DNA of 38,818 nt from the IMG/VR virus record IMGVR_UViG_3300036798_000782, positions 1 through 38,818 of that record; one strand, given 5' to 3'. This document shows, piece by piece, positions 19,706 through 28,417 of the stretch (the stretch's first letter is position 1; each line of letters opens with the position of its first letter). The DNA comes from a virus (Duplodnaviria; Caudoviricetes). The position numbers and the translations under genes are program-made. The notes under the pieces are model-generated. The model saw only the letters and a list, made by a program, of their open reading frames with translations, searched no databases and was not told where the DNA came from.

Positions 19706-20136
19706 GACAGAAACAGCGAGCGTTCCCGCTGCCTGCGCGGAAGGAGGATTTCTGGGTCGTTTCCTGCTCGTTTCCATGCCAGGAACTGATCTGCAGCACC
19801 GGCATAATCGCCAGCCTTAAGCTTGCGTAGCAATGTCGAGCCGTTGAATGCTGATGCGCCGATGTTGAACACGAGACTACAAAGAGCGTCGTATTGATTC
19901 TGGTTCAGCGTGACATTTGCTGAGTTGATAGCTCTCTCAGTCCACTGCAGGTCAAAACGCAGTAGGTCGGATGATTTCTCTTTCGAGATAGTCATACCAA
20001 TTGCAACAGGTTTACCATCAACCAACCCAGTATGACCGACGCCAATGGTGGGGATCCCGCGTGTATCTTTGTAAGCTGAGAGCTTTTCACTCTCTTGGCG
20101 CCTCAGGAAGTCGATACCGTTATTGCTGATTTTCAT
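19702..20136 (-). CDS. Endolysin (GH24 lysozyme)
   Basis: E-x8-D-x5-T triad (ESEKLSAYKDTRGIPT); NQNQYDALCSLVFNIG. Confidence 0.93.
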   Translation of the reverse strand: MKISNNGIDFLRRQESEKLSAYKDTRGIPTIGVGHTGLVDGKPVAIGMTISKEKSSDLLRFDLQWTERAINSANVTLNQNQYDALCSLVFNIGASAFNGSTLLRKLKAGDYAGAADQFLAWKRAGNDPEILLPRRQRERSLFLS

Positions 20137-20452
20137 CACTAGCACCTACTCGCTTGCTGATAGCGCTGATGGCGATATTGCGGAGCTTTTCAACGCCGAT
20201 GAATCCAACCATGCCACCAATAAAAGGAGACATGCTTACCGGCAATCCGAATACGTCCAGAGCACTGGAGATACAAAGAGAAAGGGCGCCACATAGGACG
20301 CCCTCAATCCAGCGATTCTTTCGCTCTACACCATCGTAAATTAATCGGCCATAGCAAATTAACCCGGCCATCATTGAACCAAGAATTTGCGGCCATGCGT
20401 TTTTAAGGCCGTTCAGAACGTCGACCCAGAATCCTGCATCGCGTTCATTCAT
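20120..20452 (-). CDS. Holin, lambda S-like family
   Basis: Three hydrophobic segments; EGVLCGAL and FIGGMVGFIGVEKLR motifs. Confidence 0.9.
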   Translation of the reverse strand: MNERDAGFWVDVLNGLKNAWPQILGSMMAGLICYGRLIYDGVERKNRWIEGVLCGALSLCISSALDVFGLPVSMSPFIGGMVGFIGVEKLRNIAISAISKRVGASDENQQ

Positions 20453-20775
20453 TTGACGATCCTGCATACTCTAGCCCCTACACTCTCCCCGCCGAGCGAG
20501 TCAACGAATGCACGGTCGTTATCACAGAGAACGCGGAGAGCGCCGATTTGAGCGCCCCATGCATCCTTCTTCCACAGTTCAACAGTGGAGATAACTTCAT
20601 CATCGGTCTTTGCGCTTGCGAGGCCATATGAAACGACAGATCGCGGGTACGCGTAGGCCGCCGAGTTAATCCTCGAATTAACCTCTGCAGCGAGATAAGA
20701 AAGGAGAATTAAGCCCAGCAACCAAGGAGACGAACTCACGAAACCAGCCCGGACGAGCTCAGGTAATTTGAGCAT
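20449..20775 (-). CDS. Membrane-anchored protein coupled to the holin; possible antiholin or lysis regulator
   Basis: AAGGA RBS; N-terminal TM; two Cys in the soluble domain; ATGA overlap with the holin start. Confidence 0.65.
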   Translation of the reverse strand: MLKLPELVRAGFVSSSPWLLGLILLSYLAAEVNSRINSAAYAYPRSVVSYGLASAKTDDEVISTVELWKKDAWGAQIGALRVLCDNDRAFVDSLGGESVGARVCRIVK

Positions 20776-20834
20776 GGTGGGTTCCTTACATTGCTATGCT
20801 GTAGTAAAAGGCCATTTGTAAGGCCCACAAATGA

Positions 20835-20860
20835 AAAAAGGCCGCTCGGAGGCAGCCTTT
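20835..20860 (-). terminator. tR'-like terminator
   Basis: AAAGGCTGCC-TCCGA-GCGGCCTTTTT on the minus strand, downstream of pR'. Confidence 0.7.
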
Positions 20861-20909
20861 GAAATTGGGTTGGCAGACTATGTACACACTTGTCACACCA
20901 TACCCTGTT

Positions 20910-20939
20910 ATTATGGGTAAATAGGTAAAACAAAGTCAA
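20910..20939 (-). promoter_or_regulatory. Late promoter pR' with a tandem repeat in the spacer
   Basis: TTGACT-N18-CATAAT immediately after Q; spacer contains TTTACCTA/TTTACCCA. Confidence 0.7.
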
Positions 20940-20946
20940 GCATTAT

Positions 20947-21438
20947 CTATGCAACATGCTTAATTTTCTCTACACGTTTGCGACTGTTGAACGCATTTAC
21001 CATCGGAGCATAGAGCATATACAAGCTCGCCTTGAGGATTTCAGCCACTTCTTTCCGGCATGTTTCCTCTGACGGCTTGCGCCACCCTTCCCCTAATCGA
21101 CCGCGGTTAATCTTGCGGGGCTTTGCGGTCGCGTGATAGTAAGATGCAATGGCTCGCTTAGAAGAACCATGAGCGTAGTAGCTGAGTAGGATTCCAAATG
21201 CCTTCTTGTCGATAAACATGACGGAATCTACGACCTGAGAAATCAACATTCCGTCATCGTCATTGCACATTGGCCTACTTGGATTCTTGCTTGGCTCTAC
21301 GCTTTCCATGAACTTGGCGATCATGTTGCTCATGCGTCGCTCGAGTCGTCCGGAGTAAACCCATGCGCCAAATAGCTGCATCCAGCCGTCAATCCAGTCG
21401 TGTTGCTCTTTTGTGAGTTCAAGAGTTCTTACGCTCAT
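20947..21438 (-). CDS. Q: Late antiterminator Q (phage 21-like family)
   Basis: LTKEQHDWIDGW..WVYSGRLE..RPMCNDDDGMLISQVVDSV motif. Confidence 0.9.
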   Translation of the reverse strand: MSVRTLELTKEQHDWIDGWMQLFGAWVYSGRLERRMSNMIAKFMESVEPSKNPSRPMCNDDDGMLISQVVDSVMFIDKKAFGILLSYYAHGSSKRAIASYYHATAKPRKINRGRLGEGWRKPSEETCRKEVAEILKASLYMLYAPMVNAFNSRKRVEKIKHVA

Positions 21439-21599
21439 CGATATCTCCCAGTTTCTATGCTCTCAAGAAATCGATCTGCCTCAATAAGTGCATTGCACTT
21501 CCAGGCGATTCGGCTTGATTTGATGAATCTAATTGAAGGGTGAAAAATTAGCTTTTCGAGGATTTGAAGTGCGGTTCTGTTGTGAGATGGCTTAATCAT
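21435..21599 (-). CDS. 54-aa hypothetical nin-region protein (MIKPSHNRTALQILEKL...)
   Basis: Translated by hand; overlaps both neighbours; GAGGGG RBS. Confidence 0.6.
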   Translation of the reverse strand: MIKPSHNRTALQILEKLIFHPSIRFIKSSRIAWKCNALIEADRFLESIETGRYR

Positions 21600-21786
21600 C
21601 TAGCCCCTCAGTCTTGACCGTTCCGTGCCGGTCTTGTTTTGTGGTGAACAACGTATGCATTCCTCGCCGGTCGATTATCCTGACGACCATGTTCCCGCCC
21701 GGGCGTTGAACCACTCCATGACATCTGCCGGTGAGCGCGCGGAGAAATCTCGCCTCTTCGATTGCTGCAGGTATGCTTGTGAACAT
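21592..21786 (-). CDS. Hypothetical nin-region protein
   Basis: MFTSIPAAIEEARFLR; coupled to the HNH stop. Confidence 0.65.
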   Translation of the reverse strand: MFTSIPAAIEEARFLRALTGRCHGVVQRPGGNMVVRIIDRRGMHTLFTTKQDRHGTVKTEGLDD

Positions 21787-22340
21787 CAGGCTGCCTCCCC
21801 GGTTTTTCTTCCATGATTCGGATGAAATCCGTATTTAACATTTGCATCGCTTCTGGCTTTGATTGCCTCTGATAGATCTGAAAACACTCCGAGATGAATG
21901 CGTTTATTGCCAAACTTTATATGAGCAATAAATTTCCCTGTCCTACTATCTACAGACACGCCTAGGTGGCCTGAGGATGTGCGGCAGCGCAGTTTTTGAT
22001 TTCTTTGGTTTTCTGATCTGGTTACAGATCGAAGATTTGAGAGTTTATTGTTCGTTCTGCATCCATCGATGTGATCGATATACTGCGGCCACTCTCCTTT
22101 CGAAATCAGCCATGCGAGTCGGTGAGAGTAATATTTCTTGTTATCAATCGAGATTCGAAGATACCCAGTGGAGCCAATAATTCCAGTTTTGCTACCTGCG
22201 TATCGGTTATTCCACCTAGCCTGATAGCTCATATCTTTGAAGTGATTAGCTGGTCTGTTTTTCCAGATAAAATCACCAGTCAGCGGATGATAATCTAAGC
22301 ACTCACTAAGATATTTTGCAGTTAGACGTTCATTTTTCAC
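21786..22340 (-). CDS. HNH homing endonuclease
   Basis: SHRLAW..IDHIDGCRTNNKLSNLR; AP2-like tail. Confidence 0.9.
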   Translation of the reverse strand: MKNERLTAKYLSECLDYHPLTGDFIWKNRPANHFKDMSYQARWNNRYAGSKTGIIGSTGYLRISIDNKKYYSHRLAWLISKGEWPQYIDHIDGCRTNNKLSNLRSVTRSENQRNQKLRCRTSSGHLGVSVDSRTGKFIAHIKFGNKRIHLGVFSDLSEAIKARSDANVKYGFHPNHGRKTGEAA

Positions 22341-22963
22341 GCGGCCTCCAGATGTCGCTTGCGGAGTTTTTCGTAATGCTTCGCCCGGCGCGTGAAGATT
22401 GACTTCACTCGCTGTAGGTAAGCGATATCGAATTTCCGTGGTGTGTTGTCGTGCTCGATTCGCGCAACGCGGTACGCGCCAATCTTCTCAATGAGGTTTA
22501 TTCGGTATGGGATCAGGTTTCCTGATAGGTCTCGGTTGCAATGGACGCACCCGGCGTGATTGTTGAATACGTTGAAGCGAAGATGTGGCGCTGCTCCCCT
22601 GGAGCGATAGTGACTGGCATCAACTGCGCCGCCCCTTACGCCATAATTAAGCGGCCTGCCACATGCGATGCATGGCTTCCCATAGTCTCGCCAAAATACA
22701 AAGCGATTTACCGCTGCCTGCGCCTCTCTGTTCCATTCTGATTTTGTCTTTAACCTTTCCCTTCTCTGCCTCAGCTCATCGCGCTGTAGACGCTCATGCT
22801 TGCGTTTTTCGCGCAAAGCAATCTCTTCATCACGCTTCTTGTTGAAGGCAATGGCGCATTTGTAGTTATGGCAGACTTTTTGAAGGGAGCTCCTTGGGAG
22901 GTATTCAGTGGAGCAGATGGGGCATTTCTTCGACTTCGGCGGCTTGATGCCATTAGCCATCAT
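22337..22963 (-). CDS. ninG: NinG/Rap recombination endonuclease
   Basis: CPIC..C..C, RDYGKPCIACG, DASHYRSRGAAPHLRF, CVHCN motifs. Confidence 0.92.
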   Translation of the reverse strand: MMANGIKPPKSKKCPICSTEYLPRSSLQKVCHNYKCAIAFNKKRDEEIALREKRKHERLQRDELRQRRERLKTKSEWNREAQAAVNRFVFWRDYGKPCIACGRPLNYGVRGGAVDASHYRSRGAAPHLRFNVFNNHAGCVHCNRDLSGNLIPYRINLIEKIGAYRVARIEHDNTPRKFDIAYLQRVKSIFTRRAKHYEKLRKRHLEAA

Positions 22964-23072
22964 CCTCCTCCCCCATCACTGACTCGATGAACCTGCGTTG
23001 CTCTTGGTCGCAGGACTCGCACACATACACCTCTTCGGTTTGCAATTCCTTACCGCAATCAGCGCAGATCAT
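22953..23072 (-). CDS. ninF: NinF-like small zinc finger (39 aa)
   Basis: Translated by hand: MICADCGKELQTEEVYVCESCDQ...GEEDDG; directly upstream of ninG. Confidence 0.75.
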   Translation of the reverse strand: MICADCGKELQTEEVYVCESCDQEQRRFIESVMGEEDDG

Positions 23073-23242
23073 CGCACGCACCTCATCAGCAGAAACAGAA
23101 CGGCATTACCCGGCCATGCGAGACTTAGTAGCAGCATCTTTGTGGTTGATAGGGTTGGCTCGTATTTGCAGAAGAACTCGAAGCTGCGGCCAGCGATGAA
23201 GCAGTAAGCACAAAGTGATAATGCGAAAAGAATTGTAATCAT
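23069..23242 (-). CDS. 57-aa small membrane protein with two hydrophobic segments
   Basis: Translated by hand: MITILFALSLCAYCFIAG...MLLLSLAWPGNAVLFLLMRCVR; ATGA overlaps at both ends. Confidence 0.65.
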   Translation of the reverse strand: MITILFALSLCAYCFIAGRSFEFFCKYEPTLSTTKMLLLSLAWPGNAVLFLLMRCVR

Positions 23243-23430
23243 GATAACCCCATCATTTTAATTACAGCCTTACCACGTGGATAAATTCTTCTCATAAGCT
23301 TTACGCGATTTTCGCGAAGAATTTTCCGATGCTGTTTGTTTGGGCGATTTTTGATGTTATTAGCTTGTCGATAGTGGTGAGCATCAATTTCTTGTTTGTA
23401 TGCGGTATATAAATCACTCAAGTCAGTCAT
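23239..23430 (-). CDS. Hypothetical basic protein
   Basis: GGAG RBS; in the nin operon. Confidence 0.6.
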   Translation of the reverse strand: MTDLSDLYTAYKQEIDAHHYRQANNIKNRPNKQHRKILRENRVKLMRRIYPRGKAVIKMMGLS

Positions 23431-23442
23431 GGCTTTCTCCGC

Positions 23443-23625
23443 TTATTTAAGTTTCTTAGCTTTGACGGTGTAGTCGTACGCCCTGCCCAACTCGGTATAA
23501 GAGTTTTTCTTTTTGGCCTCTGCGTCCGCTGCCTCTTTGGTGCTAAATATGTCGATTAGCTCTGGTTGATATCGGCCAGACCGGTGGGTTTTATACAATG
23601 GGTAAACTTTTACATGATTACTCAT
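23443..23625 (-). CDS. Hypothetical protein
   Basis: GGAGG RBS, MSNHVKVY start, coupled to ninE. Confidence 0.6.
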   Translation of the reverse strand: MSNHVKVYPLYKTHRSGRYQPELIDIFSTKEAADAEAKKKNSYTELGRAYDYTVKAKKLK

Positions 23626-23786
23626 GGCTTCCTCCGTGCGCGACGACGCAGCCACATGCTATCGGCTAAGGTCGCGGTGTAATTGAATGTTTGGGTTAAC
23701 TCGGGTTTGGTGCGGGGCTTTCTGGTCTTGCGGTGGTCAGTCTTGAATATCAAGTTATCCATTATGATTTGCGTTGGGCTCCTCAT
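23622..23786 (-). CDS. ninE: NinE-like protein
   Basis: RSPTQIIMDNLIFK...TFNYTATLAD..W.R motif. Confidence 0.8.
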   Translation of the reverse strand: MRSPTQIIMDNLIFKTDHRKTRKPRTKPELTQTFNYTATLADSMWLRRRARRKP

Positions 23787-23995
23787 TCGATAGATTCCTC
23801 GCTCATATAACCCAATCCCTTCCTTAGAATTTTCAAGCAATCTAGCTCCTTTTCGCCAGCAGGGATGGTGGAATCACTCAAGATGGCAATCACCTTCTCG
23901 GCAGCATCTTCAATCCTATGAAGGCGCTTTGACATGATTCTTTTCACCGCATATTGATTCCGCTTAATTGCTTCTGTTTTTTCTATTGCCATCAC
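23783..23995 (-). CDS. Hypothetical protein
   Basis: Coupled between ninB and ninE. Confidence 0.6.
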   Translation of the reverse strand: MMAIEKTEAIKRNQYAVKRIMSKRLHRIEDAAEKVIAILSDSTIPAGEKELDCLKILRKGLGYMSEESIE

Positions 23996-24435
23996 GCCAC
24001 CTTCCTTTTGTCGCCATATCGATTAGCCCACTCGATAGCGAGCCGAGATTCATCGCTGAACTTGACGCCATGCTCAGCACCAAACGCGTTTATAAGCTCA
24101 ATGAGGTCGCGCATCTCGCTGACTGTCATCTTGCTTGTTGATTGCCCTAGAACGACAAAGCCGCCGTCTATACCAGGAACCGTTTGTTGCTTCTTCAGCG
24201 CAGCGGTGAAAACACACTTCCAGCTCTCAGAGCCCATCTTTCTCCCATACCAAACGACCTGCTCGCTGATGTCGCGCAGGGTTGCCCAGAGCTTGGCATT
24301 CTGGTCTAGGCTTCTGGTTGGCTCTTGGATGGTTACTGCGAGGGGTTTATCTGGATTGAGTGGAAGGCTGTCGATGAAGTTCTTCAGGTTCTGGCGTATC
24401 TGTGGGCTTCGTAGGCAGAAGACCTGTTTGCTCAT
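23992..24435 (-). CDS. ninB: NinB/Orf recombination mediator
   Basis: TRSLDQNAKLWATLRDISEQVVWYG...VPGIDGGFVVLGQSTSKM motif. Confidence 0.93.
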   Translation of the reverse strand: MSKQVFCLRSPQIRQNLKNFIDSLPLNPDKPLAVTIQEPTRSLDQNAKLWATLRDISEQVVWYGRKMGSESWKCVFTAALKKQQTVPGIDGGFVVLGQSTSKMTVSEMRDLIELINAFGAEHGVKFSDESRLAIEWANRYGDKRKVA

Positions 24436-24444
24436 TTCATCCCC

Positions 24445-24648
24445 TTAGTGCAATTGCTCATCCAGCGATAGTGAAATACGCATCAATGCATCTTCCCACT
24501 CATGGAGGTACTCGTCTTTTCCGTTAGCGCACATAAAGCCGCGCACATAGCTCAGGCAATAATTCACCGGGCACTCCCCAATGCCATTAAGTTCAGATAG
24601 GGCTTCTGTGAATTTCTTGTCTATTTGCTGCTTTTTGCTCATCATCAC
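24445..24648 (-). CDS. Hypothetical protein
   Basis: Coupled ORF in the early right operon. Confidence 0.55.
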   Translation of the reverse strand: MMMSKKQQIDKKFTEALSELNGIGECPVNYCLSYVRGFMCANGKDEYLHEWEDALMRISLSLDEQLH

Positions 24649-24929
24649 TCCCCTTTGATTGATAGACCGATAGAGCGGAGGGCATCGACTGTTTCTTCAT
24701 ATTCCAAGCCATCTCCAGCATCGCTTGGCACAAAATATCCATCGCCATAACCAGAAGCGTATAAAGACTGACGCTGAGGAATCTCAACCACGATGCTTGC
24801 TCGGCTGGCCTGCCATGCTAGCCATGAAGCATGGTGTATGGTCTCTTTTTGGCTTTTTGGTTGTGAGTAAAAACACATAGCCATTTTGTTATTCCACCAC
24901 TGTTCAAACTCTTCGCGTAGCTTATCCAT
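24645..24929 (-). CDS. Hypothetical phage protein
   Basis: REEFEQWW..WLAWQASRA..VEIP..ALRSIGLSIKGE pattern common after lambdoid replication genes. Confidence 0.7.
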   Translation of the reverse strand: MDKLREEFEQWWNNKMAMCFYSQPKSQKETIHHASWLAWQASRASIVVEIPQRQSLYASGYGDGYFVPSDAGDGLEYEETVDALRSIGLSIKGE

Positions 24930-24931
24930 GG

Positions 24932-25213
24932 TTATGCGTCCTTTTTCATTTCTGCTATTTCTGCTTTTGTCGCTAGGCGCTGACTACCAAACAGCCCCTT
25001 GATCAGAACAGGCTTCTCTTTTTTCCATCCCTTAATGGCATTCAAGCCAAAATGTTTCGGCTTGTTGTGATTCCAGCTTGCAACAACGCTGGTCTCATTG
25101 ACCTCGACGATATGGACAGGGTGAACGGACACGGTGGGAATATTCGTGCTTCCCAGTTTGTGGCGAGTGATAGACCATACTGTATCCCCAACTTTCAATT
25201 TGCTAATTACCAT
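24932..25213 (-). CDS. Hypothetical phage protein
   Basis: AAGGAG RBS before MVISKLKVGD. Confidence 0.65.
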   Translation of the reverse strand: MVISKLKVGDTVWSITRHKLGSTNIPTVSVHPVHIVEVNETSVVASWNHNKPKHFGLNAIKGWKKEKPVLIKGLFGSQRLATKAEIAEMKKDA

Positions 25214-25236
25214 TTTCAACTCCTTTATTTGACAGG

Positions 25237-26643
25237 TCAAAAACCGCCCTTCTGTTTTGATGGTCTGGATTCAGTTTCAGATGCGCGCAATTTTGCCTGA
25301 AACTGATCGCAGTCGTAAATCGCGCCGTGACGTTGCTCTACAAAGACAACGCCGCTTTCACCATGACGGTTGAGTCGCAAGAGCAACTCAGTATCTTGCT
25401 GATTGGCGTTCTCGTCGTAAGCACCTTCTCGATAAATCCCCAGCCAGTAATCGCAGTCCTGCTCGATTTGCCCTGTGTCGCGTGAGTCACTTGGTAGCGG
25501 CCGCTTGTTGGTGCGCTTCTCAAGGTCTCGGTTAAGCTGGGTAAGCAGAACGACAACGCAGTTCAGCTCTTTGGCAAGGTTCTTTAGCCCTTTGGTGATC
25601 ATGCCGTAGGCCAGATCGTTACGCTCTGCCTTCTCGGCTTTCATCAGTGTCAGGTAGTCAACGAGAACCATCCCTACGCTTCCGCGCTCACGCTTAATCC
25701 TGCGGCTCTCTGCGACGATATGAGCCAGAGATAGCCCTGGGGTGTCATCAATGTAGAGATTGCCGCTCTGAGCGATTTGCAGGCCCTTTGCTGACGCCAT
25801 TGCGAATCGGGTGTCGTCGTATCCATCGAGGTAGAAGTTTGACGAGCTCACTCCAGAGGCTTGGGAGAGCGAACGCTCGACGAGTTGCTCTTGCGGCATT
25901 TCAAGGCTAAAGGCGATCGCCGGCTTGTTCTCTTCGAGTGCGCAATGCAAGGCCATTTTCATGTAGAGCGTGGTCTTGCCCATCTTTGGCCGTGCGCCGA
26001 CAACGAACAGCGAACCATTCACCAAGCCTTTCGGAGCCAGCAATTCATCCAGCGATGGAATCCCTGTTGAGATTCCAACTGCTGACGGGTCACTGCTCAG
26101 CCGTTTTTCGACAATGCTCACCCATGATTCGAAAGCCTCTGCAAATGGCACCGCGCCTCGCACAGAACCAGATCGAGATTTTTCGTCAGTGTGCATCGCC
26201 AGCGCTTGCATGTGCTCCAGTTTCTCGGCAGTGGTCATCGCCGACGGCTGATAGAACACCTCAAGCATCTTGTTGGCCTGCTCGATAGCGAAACGCTCCA
26301 TAGCGCAGTCCTTCACGCGATTAGCGTATGCCAGAATGTTCGCAGCGCTCGGGGTATTTTTCGACAGCTCAGCCAGATAGGCGAACCCGCCAACTCGGTC
26401 AATCTCTCCAGTGGACTCCATGCGTTCAGCAACGGTGATCAGGTCGATAATGCTGCTCTTGGAGTTCATCTCGCGCGCGGTGCGGTAAATCACCGAGTGC
26501 GCTGGGCTGTAAAACATTTCAGGTGCCAGGAAAGAAAAAACGCGCTGAACTCGGTCGCTCTGCGCGTCTAGTAGGATTGAGCCAAGCACTGATTGCTCTG
26601 ACTCGATGCTGCTCGGTGGCAGCCGGTAATCAACGGTCGTCAT
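25237..26643 (-). CDS. DnaB-like replicative helicase (P22 gp12-like)
   Basis: GARPKMGKT, FSLEM, VDYLTL, QLNRDLEKR, DTGQIEQD motifs. Confidence 0.95.
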   Translation of the reverse strand: MTTVDYRLPPSSIESEQSVLGSILLDAQSDRVQRVFSFLAPEMFYSPAHSVIYRTAREMNSKSSIIDLITVAERMESTGEIDRVGGFAYLAELSKNTPSAANILAYANRVKDCAMERFAIEQANKMLEVFYQPSAMTTAEKLEHMQALAMHTDEKSRSGSVRGAVPFAEAFESWVSIVEKRLSSDPSAVGISTGIPSLDELLAPKGLVNGSLFVVGARPKMGKTTLYMKMALHCALEENKPAIAFSLEMPQEQLVERSLSQASGVSSSNFYLDGYDDTRFAMASAKGLQIAQSGNLYIDDTPGLSLAHIVAESRRIKRERGSVGMVLVDYLTLMKAEKAERNDLAYGMITKGLKNLAKELNCVVVLLTQLNRDLEKRTNKRPLPSDSRDTGQIEQDCDYWLGIYREGAYDENANQQDTELLLRLNRHGESGVVFVEQRHGAIYDCDQFQAKLRASETESRPSKQKGGF

Positions 26644-27529
26644 GATCGCCCTCACGAACTTTGAGATAAACATTGTCGTTAAGCAGGAAGTCAAATCCCT
26701 TCTTGTGCCAAACAGTCCCGCGCTGCTGGTTCTGACGCTCTTCGAACATCCAGCGGCAGTTGTCGCGAACGTAGCTCAGGTATTTCCGCCAGTCGTCCAT
26801 CGTGAATCCATGGCCATCCAGCTGACGAGTAACCACCCCAGCTTTTCGCCAGAATGTTTTAATCGAGCTGCGACGTTTCTCGGTTAGTGCTCTGACCGAT
26901 TTCGCTTCTGGCAGGATTTCGTGGTAGGCATCGATGACGTCTTGACATGAGATTGCAGATTTTTGCTTTTCTGATTTTTCGCTGGCTGATGCACTCTCAT
27001 TAGGTTTACCTAATGAGTTATTATTTATATTGTTGTTTATGGACAATCGTTGGACATCCGTTGGACAATCATCGCTGACAGCCGCATTTTCACTGGTGTT
27101 TGAGTTGGACAATCGTTGGACATCCGTTGGACAATTTTGAGCCTGAAAATCGTCATATTTTAGGATGGTAATCAGGCTAAATTTCCTGCCCATTGCCTCG
27201 ATTTTTAACATCCCTTTTGACTCGAAACTGCGGAGCAAGCTCTTAACTTTGTTGTCAGGAATGAACGTCTCGGACACCAATGTTGGACGCCCGGTAATCA
27301 GCTGCCCTCTTCCGACCATCATTTCCCCGACGTCGGTTTTTACAACCACTGGAGAGTAGTTTGCTTTCAGTATCAGGTGAAGCCATAGGTGTACTGCCTG
27401 AGAGTCCTTGTACAGCTTGCTATCCATGAATTGACGATGAATCAAGGCAAACCCCTTACCGGCTGCCTCCGGTGTCTCTACGTGGCGCTCCTGCTGCCTG
27501 TAGTCGGATAATTTTCTAACGACGCCCAT
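26630..27529 (-). CDS. Replication initiator (O/gp18 analogue)
   Basis: MGVVRKLSDY start, winged-helix-like N-domain, internal iterons, FDFLL C-terminus. Confidence 0.88.
   Translation of the reverse strand: MGVVRKLSDYRQQERHVETPEAAGKGFALIHRQFMDSKLYKDSQAVHLWLHLILKANYSPVVVKTDVGEMMVGRGQLITGRPTLVSETFIPDNKVKSLLRSFESKGMLKIEAMGRKFSLITILKYDDFQAQNCPTDVQRLSNSNTSENAAVSDDCPTDVQRLSINNNINNNSLGKPNESASASEKSEKQKSAISCQDVIDAYHEILPEAKSVRALTEKRRSSIKTFWRKAGVVTRQLDGHGFTMDDWRKYLSYVRDNCRWMFEERQNQQRGTVWHKKGFDFLLNDNVYLKVREGDHDDR
27010..27135. repeat. Replication origin: iterons plus AT-rich segment
   Basis: GGACAATCGTTGGACATCCGTTGGACAAT twice (27041, 27107), giving six TGGACA units at 11-bp spacing within each block; AT-rich 27010-27040. 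Confidence 0.85.
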
Positions 27530-27680
27530 TCTTCTTCACCCCTGCCAGTGCAATCCGATATTCACCAATGAACCGAGCAGCAAAGCTCCGGTTATTGGCG
27601 GCTGCAACAACGATTCCTTCCGGTGAATCAGGATGCCGTCGTTCCTCTTCTGTCTTGTAAATTCGGCGATTTTTTGCCAT
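27516..27680 (-). CDS. Small protein between cII and the initiator (DUF2740-like)
   Basis: GGAGG RBS; HPDSPEG.VVAAANNRSFA.R. Confidence 0.7.
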   Translation of the reverse strand: MAKNRRIYKTEEERRHPDSPEGIVVAAANNRSFAARFIGEYRIALAGVKKNGRR

Positions 27681-27714
27681 AATTTCCTCCAGTGGGTTGC
27701 TCCAAACATCACTA

Positions 27715-27993
27715 TCACGCCTCGAAAGCTGCAACTTCCGGGGCGTTTTCTTTTGGTGACAGATATCCAGCCAGGCGCTTAGCCAACTCCGCCATTTCTT
27801 CGTCTTCCATACCCCACTCCAGAACGGCCAATAACATCGCCATGCGAGGGATAAGAGACTCTTTCCAGCGTGTGATTTGAGATGGGTTAACACCTACTGC
27901 AGCTGCAATACTTGTGACGCCTTTCAGCGCTATCTTGTTGAGCAATGAGCTTTCAATGCGACGGGCGTCATTGCGTGTTTTTGCAGTGTCCAT
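27715..27993 (-). CDS. cII: CII transcriptional activator
   Basis: RNDARRIESSLLNKIA...QITRWK..IPRMAMLLAVLEWG. Confidence 0.93.
   Translation of the reverse strand: MDTAKTRNDARRIESSLLNKIALKGVTSIAAAVGVNPSQITRWKESLIPRMAMLLAVLEWGMEDEEMAELAKRLAGYLSPKENAPEVAAFEA
27718..27753 (+). terminator. OOP-like antisense RNA terminator at the 3' end of cII
   Basis: CGCCTCGAAAG..CTTCCGGGGCG followed by TTTTCTTTT, antisense to the end of cII as in lambda oop. Confidence 0.6.
27971..27984 (+). promoter_or_regulatory. pRE CII-binding site
   Basis: TTGC-GTGTTT-TTGC (TTGC-N6-TTGC) at the start of cII. Confidence 0.85.
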
Positions 27994-28055
27994 ACGTAAT
28001 ACTTCCTTTGTTGATAAATGATTAATCGCGACTAAGCTCGGCTTAGCCTTCAAAT

Positions 28056-28095
28056 GCTCCACACTGGCGGAGCTGGTCATGGATGTTAAAGAGCG
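28056..28095 (-). promoter_or_regulatory. nutR (boxA and boxB)
   Basis: boxA CGCTCTTTAACA; hairpin GCTCC-GCCAGTGT-GGAGC. Confidence 0.85.
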
Positions 28096-28102
28096 GTGGT
28101 GC

Positions 28103-28330
28103 TTATGCTGCTTGCTTCTTACCAGTGCTTCGAATTTCTGTTGCCGTGTACTTCCCGCCAGATGCATGGGCGATTAGTGCCGCGTAGTCGGTTTCGCCAG
28201 TGAATTCGGTTCTTGGTAGAGAACCTCGCTCAATCCACTTGTAAACGGCCTTCGGGGTCAATCCGCATACACGGGCAACAACAGCAACCTTGACCGTTTT
28301 GAGAACATCCTCAAGCGCTGTCGTTTGCAT
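28103..28330 (-). CDS. cro: Cro repressor (HK022-like)
   Basis: AAGGAG RBS; VVARVCGLTPKAVYKW..G.LPRTEFTGET.YA; divergent from cI. Confidence 0.9.
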   Translation of the reverse strand: MQTTALEDVLKTVKVAVVARVCGLTPKAVYKWIERGSLPRTEFTGETDYAALIAHASGGKYTATEIRSTGKKQAA

Positions 28331-28345
28331 ATAGAACTCCTTTAG

Positions 28346-28417
28346 TGAACTCAAAGTACATTTTATGCAGGAACTGATAGTACAGTCAACTAGCAATATT
28401 ATTGAACCTATGGTTCA
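28346..28417. promoter_or_regulatory. OR1-OR3 operators with pR and pRM
   Basis: TGAACTCAAAGTACA (28346), GGAACTGATAGTACA (28370), TGAACCTATGGTTCA (28403); pR TTGACT..TAAAAT on the minus strand. Confidence 0.85.

Noticed and set aside
27041-27135. CRISPR-like array (29-bp repeat twice with a ~37-bp gap)
   Set aside because: Only two copies, internally repetitive, inside the initiator gene, and no cas genes; these are origin iterons.
14101-28396. Longest-ORF starts for portal, Rz, helicase, cII and cro (also gp4, gp20 and cI)
   Set aside because: These extensions overlap upstream genes or operators; downstream starts with RBS and family-typical N-termini were used.
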